64,000 nt of DNA from Nitrospirota bacterium (GTDB taxonomy: Bacteria > Nitrospirota > UBA9217). This document shows, in pieces, positions 60,001 to 64,000 of this stretch. The notes under the pieces were generated by a model. That model searched no databases. It had not been told where the DNA came from and saw nothing but the letters and a program-made list of their open reading frames with translations. Every line of letters starts with the position of its first letter. Position 1 is the first letter of the stretch. Where the stretch lies: assembly GCA_963663225.1 (NCBI GenBank), contig OY760142.1, positions 1,024,001 to 1,088,000 of the forward strand, in the 5' to 3' direction. Both the position numbers and the translations under genes were made by a program.

Positions 60001-61581
60001 ATGAAGTCACCATCAAAGCTTAACAGTTTCGGCAGTAAAATTTTTTTCATGATTGTACTCGCAATTATTGCGGTGATAACCAGCGTGACATTCTCCTATT
60101 TGATCGCTGTGCGGGAGATAGAGTCATTAATGCTTGAAGACATCTCTTCCATCGCAAACACGATGCAGAAGAACCTGACGTATATTGCCACCATTAGACC
60201 GGACGCCATCCAGGACGAAAATTTTAAGAAACACATGAATGATATAAAAATCGGGCAAAGCGGCTATGTCTACTTGATTAATGAAGAAGGCGTGATGGTC
60301 ACTCACCCCGCAATCCAGGGCAAGAATCAGGGCAATCTGGCGCATAACCGTCATATTATCACTCACAAAGAAGGGGGAACATATTCTTTCGTCGCAGCCA
60401 GCACCGGTCAGGATAAGCTCGTGGCGTTCCGGTATATCGAGCCCTGGAAACTGTGGGTTGTGCCGGGCGTGAACAAGGCCGATTATCTGAATCAATTAAA
60501 AGCTTCATTTTTGAAAGTGAATTTACTGTTTTCCTTGGGCGTGATTGTTATCCTCGTTTTTGTAGCGCGGGTCATTACCCGGAAGCTGTTGAACCAGGTC
60601 GGGGGTGAACCTGTCGTCATCGCGGAGGTTGCTGAGCGAATTTCTGAAGGCGACTTGACGGCGCAGCTCCAGTCAAACGGCAGGGGAAAAAGCGGCATCT
60701 ATGCATCAATGGACAAAATGGCCGACAAATTGAAAATCATGGTCAAGGACATCAAGTCTGCTTCTGAAAACGTGGCATCGGGAAGCGCGAACCTTTCCAC
60801 TTCCTCTGAGGATCTCAACAAGGGCTCCCAGGAACTGATGCTGCAGGTGGACCAGATCGTAACGGCCATGACCGAAGTGTCCCAGACAATCATGGATGTG
60901 GCCAAGAACGCCTCTCACGCGGCAGAGGCAAGTAAAAAAGCTTCCGAAACCGCGGCAAAAGGAAAACAGACTGTCGACCGCTCCGCGGAAGACATGGCGA
61001 AAATCGCGCAGACAGTCCAGCAAACGGCCTCAACCATTGAAGAACTAGGCAAGAGCTCGGCCCAGATCGGCGAAATTGTTGCAGTCATCAACGGCATTGC
61101 CGATCAGACCAATCTCCTAGCGCTCAATGCGGCCATTGAGGCGGCCCGCGCCGGCGAGCAGGGACGGGGATTTGCCGTCGTGGCAGACGAGGTGAGAAAG
61201 CTGGCGGAGCGCACGAGCCAGGCCACAAAGGACATTGCGGACAGAATCAGTGGCATCCAGAAGGCGGCGACAGAAGCGGTCGACGCGGTAAAGAAAGGCA
61301 GCGACGAAGTGGGGAACGGCGTCGGACTCGCAAGAGAGGCAAGCGCATCGCTTGACGCCATTGTGGAAGCATCAACCGGCGCCATGGACATGGTTCAGCG
61401 CATCGCGGCGGCAACGGAAGAGCAATCGGCAGCATCAGAAGAAGTCACCCAAAACATGGAAAACATCTCAAGCATCACGAAGCGCGCTGCAAACGCATCA
61501 GACCAGATCAAAGCGTCCGCAGCCGAGCTCGCCAAGCTTTCCGCCGGATTGAAGGAAATAACCGCGTTCCTGCGGGTATGA
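60001..61581 (+). CDS. Methyl-accepting chemotaxis protein (Cache sensor)
   Basis: [13 protein letters not shown]...HP Cache motif; [37 protein letters not shown]. Confidence 0.95.
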   Translation: MKSPSKLNSFGSKIFFMIVLAIIAVITSVTFSYLIAVREIESLMLEDISSIANTMQKNLTYIATIRPDAIQDENFKKHMNDIKIGQSGYVYLINEEGVMVTHPAIQGKNQGNLAHNRHIITHKEGGTYSFVAASTGQDKLVAFRYIEPWKLWVVPGVNKADYLNQLKASFLKVNLLFSLGVIVILVFVARVITRKLLNQVGGEPVVIAEVAERISEGDLTAQLQSNGRGKSGIYASMDKMADKLKIMVKDIKSASENVASGSANLSTSSEDLNKGSQELMLQVDQIVTAMTEVSQTIMDVAKNASHAAEASKKASETAAKGKQTVDRSAEDMAKIAQTVQQTASTIEELGKSSAQIGEIVAVINGIADQTNLLALNAAIEAARAGEQGRGFAVVADEVRKLAERTSQATKDIADRISGIQKAATEAVDAVKKGSDEVGNGVGLAREASASLDAIVEASTGAMDMVQRIAAATEEQSAASEEVTQNMENISSITKRAANASDQIKASAAELAKLSAGLKEITAFLRV

Positions 61582-61630
61582 TCCAAACCCCAATCCGCGG
61601 ATGTGACAAAAAAATTAAGCGAACCGCTCC

Positions 61631-61661
61631 AAGCCTGGGAGAAATACTTCCAGGCTTTTTT
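61631..61661. terminator. Intrinsic terminator between convergent MCP and RACo genes
   Basis: AAGCCTGGGA-N7-TTCCAGGCTT followed by a T-run. Confidence 0.7.
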
Positions 61662-63585
61662 ATCGCGTTCGCTCCTTCTTTTCCAGTTCGTCCTTCACCG
61701 TCGGAAAAGCATCAATGTTTGTATGTGGCAAAAAAAGCGCTGAAAGATATTCATCCATGAAGCTGCGCAGCGAAGAAAGCTCAAGATAAGTCATTTTTTT
61801 TGCGATTTCTTCCGCTTCCTTGCGCAGCCGGTCGCACAGCAGCGCGTAGTAGGCGCCCATGATGGAAGTGTTGCCGAGAAACTGGAATTTGTCCACTGGC
61901 AGATCGGGAAGCATCCCGATTACAATTGCTCGCTCCACGTCAAGATACCGTCCGAACCCTCCGGCGATATAGATGGCGTCAATATCGGCGAAGGCCAGGT
62001 CCATCTGCGCAAGCAGTGTCGCGAAGCCCGCGTAGATAGCACCCTTTGCGCGAACAAGATTATCAAGGTCTGCTTCGGTAATCACGATCTCCTTGTTGAC
62101 AGAGCTTTCCACACGCCAAGCAAGCACAAACTCAAGCCCGTTTTCACCCCGCCGGATGCGGTTGGAGCCGGTTTCCTCCCGCAGTTTTCCCTTTTGATTT
62201 ATGACGCCGCTTAGATACATCTCGGCGAGCGCGTCGATCAGGCCCGAACCGCAAATGCCGGCGGGCTTCACGCCGCCGATGACCCGGAGATGCACATCAA
62301 AGGTCTCCGGATCGATTTCCACTTCCTCGATGGCCCCTTCCATGGCCCGCATGCCGAACTTGATGCCGCTCCCCTCGAAGGCCGGGCCCGCCGAACACGC
62401 GGCGGTCACCAGCCAGTCTCTGTTGCCGAGGACGATTTCACCGTTCGTGCCGATATCGATGAACAGAGAGACGGTCTCTTTCTTGTGCATCTGCGACACA
62501 AGGACTCCCGCGGTTATATCGCCGCCGACATAGCTCGCGACGTTCGGCATGGCATACACGATCGCCTGCGGATGCACCTGAAGTCCCACGCTCAGACCGC
62601 GGACAAGAGGAAACAGTGCGGCTGTAGGAATGTACGGTTCTTCGCGGATGTAGCGCGGATCCACGCCGAAAAACAGGTGCTGCATGGTTGTGTTTCCGGC
62701 TACCACGATGTAATCGATCATCCCGGTTGGAACGGCGTGCGTCGCGGCAAGTTCGGCCAAAAGCGAGTTGATGTTCTTCGCAACAAGCCCCTGAAGCTCC
62801 TTGAGTCCGTCTCGCTCTGTTGCATACACGATGCGCGTAATAACATCGTCCCCGCATGACCCCTGGCTGTTATAGGTGGCGGCAGCACCGATGACGCGGC
62901 CGCTTGTCATCTCAACAAGATAGGCAACGATGGTGGTCGTGCCGATGTCCACGGCAGCGCCGTAGCAGACGCCGGAGGCATTCCCCGGAAAAATATCGAG
63001 CACTTCGAGGGCGCCGGCAATATCCATAAGCGACGCGGTGACCCGCCACTCTCCTTCGCGCAGTACGCGGGAAAGCTTGCCCAGCACCAAATGCCCCCCA
63101 TGCAGCTGTGAAGCGTCAAACCCCGCCTGCGCGACGGCGCGGCGAAGGCGCTCGTAATCTGCAATGCTGTCATCCAGCGTGGGAGGCGGTATCTCAAGAT
63201 ACACTCTCCTGATCCGCGATTCGAGACACCCGCCCGCAGACCGCATCCAGGCAAGAACGTCATCCGGATTCGCGCCCAGGGCAATTTTGTGTTTAGCATG
63301 CACGCGCGACTCAGGCGGAATTTCGATGGCAACATCGCCGACGGCCTTCGAAACACAGGCGAGCACATAGCCGCTGTCTGATTCTTCCGCGGTCAGCAGC
63401 GAGCGTGATGTTCCGCTTTCCACCCTGCCGTCCCGGACCACGACCCGGCATTTTCCGCAGGTGCCTTTTCCGCCGCACGACGAAAGGACGGAGATTCCCG
63501 TCGTCTTCATGGCATCGAGCAGGTCAGCATTGTCGTCAATGCTGACCGTGATCCGGTCAGGCAAAAATGTTATTCTGTGTTTCAT
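61660..63585 (-). CDS. ATP-dependent reductive activator of corrinoid proteins (RACo; 2Fe-2S plus ASKHA/DUF4445)
   Basis: CGGKGTCGKC...LAC, VDIGTTT, GDDVITRI, YVGGDI, DIGTNGE, CSAGPAFEG, GICGSG, IAGGFG. Confidence 0.92.
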   Translation of the reverse strand: MKHRITFLPDRITVSIDDNADLLDAMKTTGISVLSSCGGKGTCGKCRVVVRDGRVESGTSRSLLTAEESDSGYVLACVSKAVGDVAIEIPPESRVHAKHKIALGANPDDVLAWMRSAGGCLESRIRRVYLEIPPPTLDDSIADYERLRRAVAQAGFDASQLHGGHLVLGKLSRVLREGEWRVTASLMDIAGALEVLDIFPGNASGVCYGAAVDIGTTTIVAYLVEMTSGRVIGAAATYNSQGSCGDDVITRIVYATERDGLKELQGLVAKNINSLLAELAATHAVPTGMIDYIVVAGNTTMQHLFFGVDPRYIREEPYIPTAALFPLVRGLSVGLQVHPQAIVYAMPNVASYVGGDITAGVLVSQMHKKETVSLFIDIGTNGEIVLGNRDWLVTAACSAGPAFEGSGIKFGMRAMEGAIEEVEIDPETFDVHLRVIGGVKPAGICGSGLIDALAEMYLSGVINQKGKLREETGSNRIRRGENGLEFVLAWRVESSVNKEIVITEADLDNLVRAKGAIYAGFATLLAQMDLAFADIDAIYIAGGFGRYLDVERAIVIGMLPDLPVDKFQFLGNTSIMGAYYALLCDRLRKEAEEIAKKMTYLELSSLRSFMDEYLSALFLPHTNIDAFPTVKDELEKKERTR

Positions 63586-63591
63586 GAATCG

Positions 63592-63620
63592 ACTATAGCA
63601 GGGGGAGCAGCGACGGTCAA
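63592..63620 (-). promoter_or_regulatory. Promoter of the RACo gene (leaderless geometry)
   Basis: Minus strand TTGACC, 17 bp, TATAGT with an extended TG, then 6 nt to ATG 63585; no SD. Confidence 0.65.
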
Positions 63621-63766
63621 GGGGATTCTGGCATGCAACAGGAATGGCGCAACCGGCTTGAGCAAAACGAACAGCAAGTTTCACTTGCAATCACGCCTGA
63701 TCTGTATTATCTTCTAGCAGCAATGCGGCAGCTGTGCATTGCGGTGAATTTGCAAGGAGAACCATA

Positions 63767-64000
63767 ATGGAAGATCTCAAAAAAGCGTATAAGCGTGCTG
63801 TGATATTAGGCCTCGCGCTGATGGGGGGCGTACTCGCAGCCGCCGGTTTTGTCGAACTTGCCGTAAGCAAGCAGGTTCCTTTTCCGCATCCGGCGCCCAT
63901 CTCGCGCGATCAGGCCGAACTGACCGTATATTTTCTGCTGGTTGTGTCCGGCGCGGTCTTTTTCGTAATTAAATACCTGCAGCAGCATTATCTCCAGGGC
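63767..64000 (+). CDS. Membrane protein, 3'-truncated by window edge
   Basis: AAGGAG RBS, then MEDLKKAYKRAVILGLALMGG..., open to the window end with two hydrophobic segments. Confidence 0.6.
   Translation, partial: MEDLKKAYKRAVILGLALMGGVLAAAGFVELAVSKQVPFPHPAPISRDQAELTVYFLLVVSGAVFFVIKYLQQHYLQG

Noticed and set aside
1-64000. CRISPR array, tRNA or rRNA genes
   Set aside because: No regularly spaced short repeats, cloverleaf signatures or rRNA-like stretch were seen by eye. A covariance search would be needed to exclude them fully.

Overview
Chromosomal window of an anaerobic Gram-negative bacterium. Gene content suggests Nitrospirota or Desulfobacterota, which is an inference. Most of it is housekeeping and metabolism (coaD, rsmD, nfeD-stomatin, acyl-CoA synthetase, tungsten-type AOR, gpsA, larB-larC-nadE, rsmI, ettA, ppnP, AcsE-like methyltransferase, RACo/ASKHA activator), signalling (two hybrid kinases, REC-PilZ, REC-GGDEF, CheW and two MCPs with sigma-28 promoters) and ion transport (two P-type ATPases, TerC, a yybP-ykoY Mn riboswitch). 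The standout is a minus-strand accessory locus at about 22.9-31.1 kb. A CsgG-like lipoprotein and a 1124-aa Ig-repeat surface protein are followed by a tandem pair of about 1.1-kb cassettes. Each cassette encodes a small anchored protein translationally coupled to a secreted Zn-PLC/P1-nuclease-like protein. The cassette ends are near-identical (224 bp and 235 bp repeats) while the AT-rich cores diverge, which looks like a recombination-switchable polymorphic effector/partner system. Other leads: a Fem/MprF-like GNAT - TraB/Tiki - GNAT triad, a MenK-like methyltransferase that resembles HemN, an Asp-ligated ferredoxin and several apparently leaderless genes. No tRNA, rRNA, CRISPR array, integrase or transposase was recognised. 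All calls are by eye from motifs; no searches were run.
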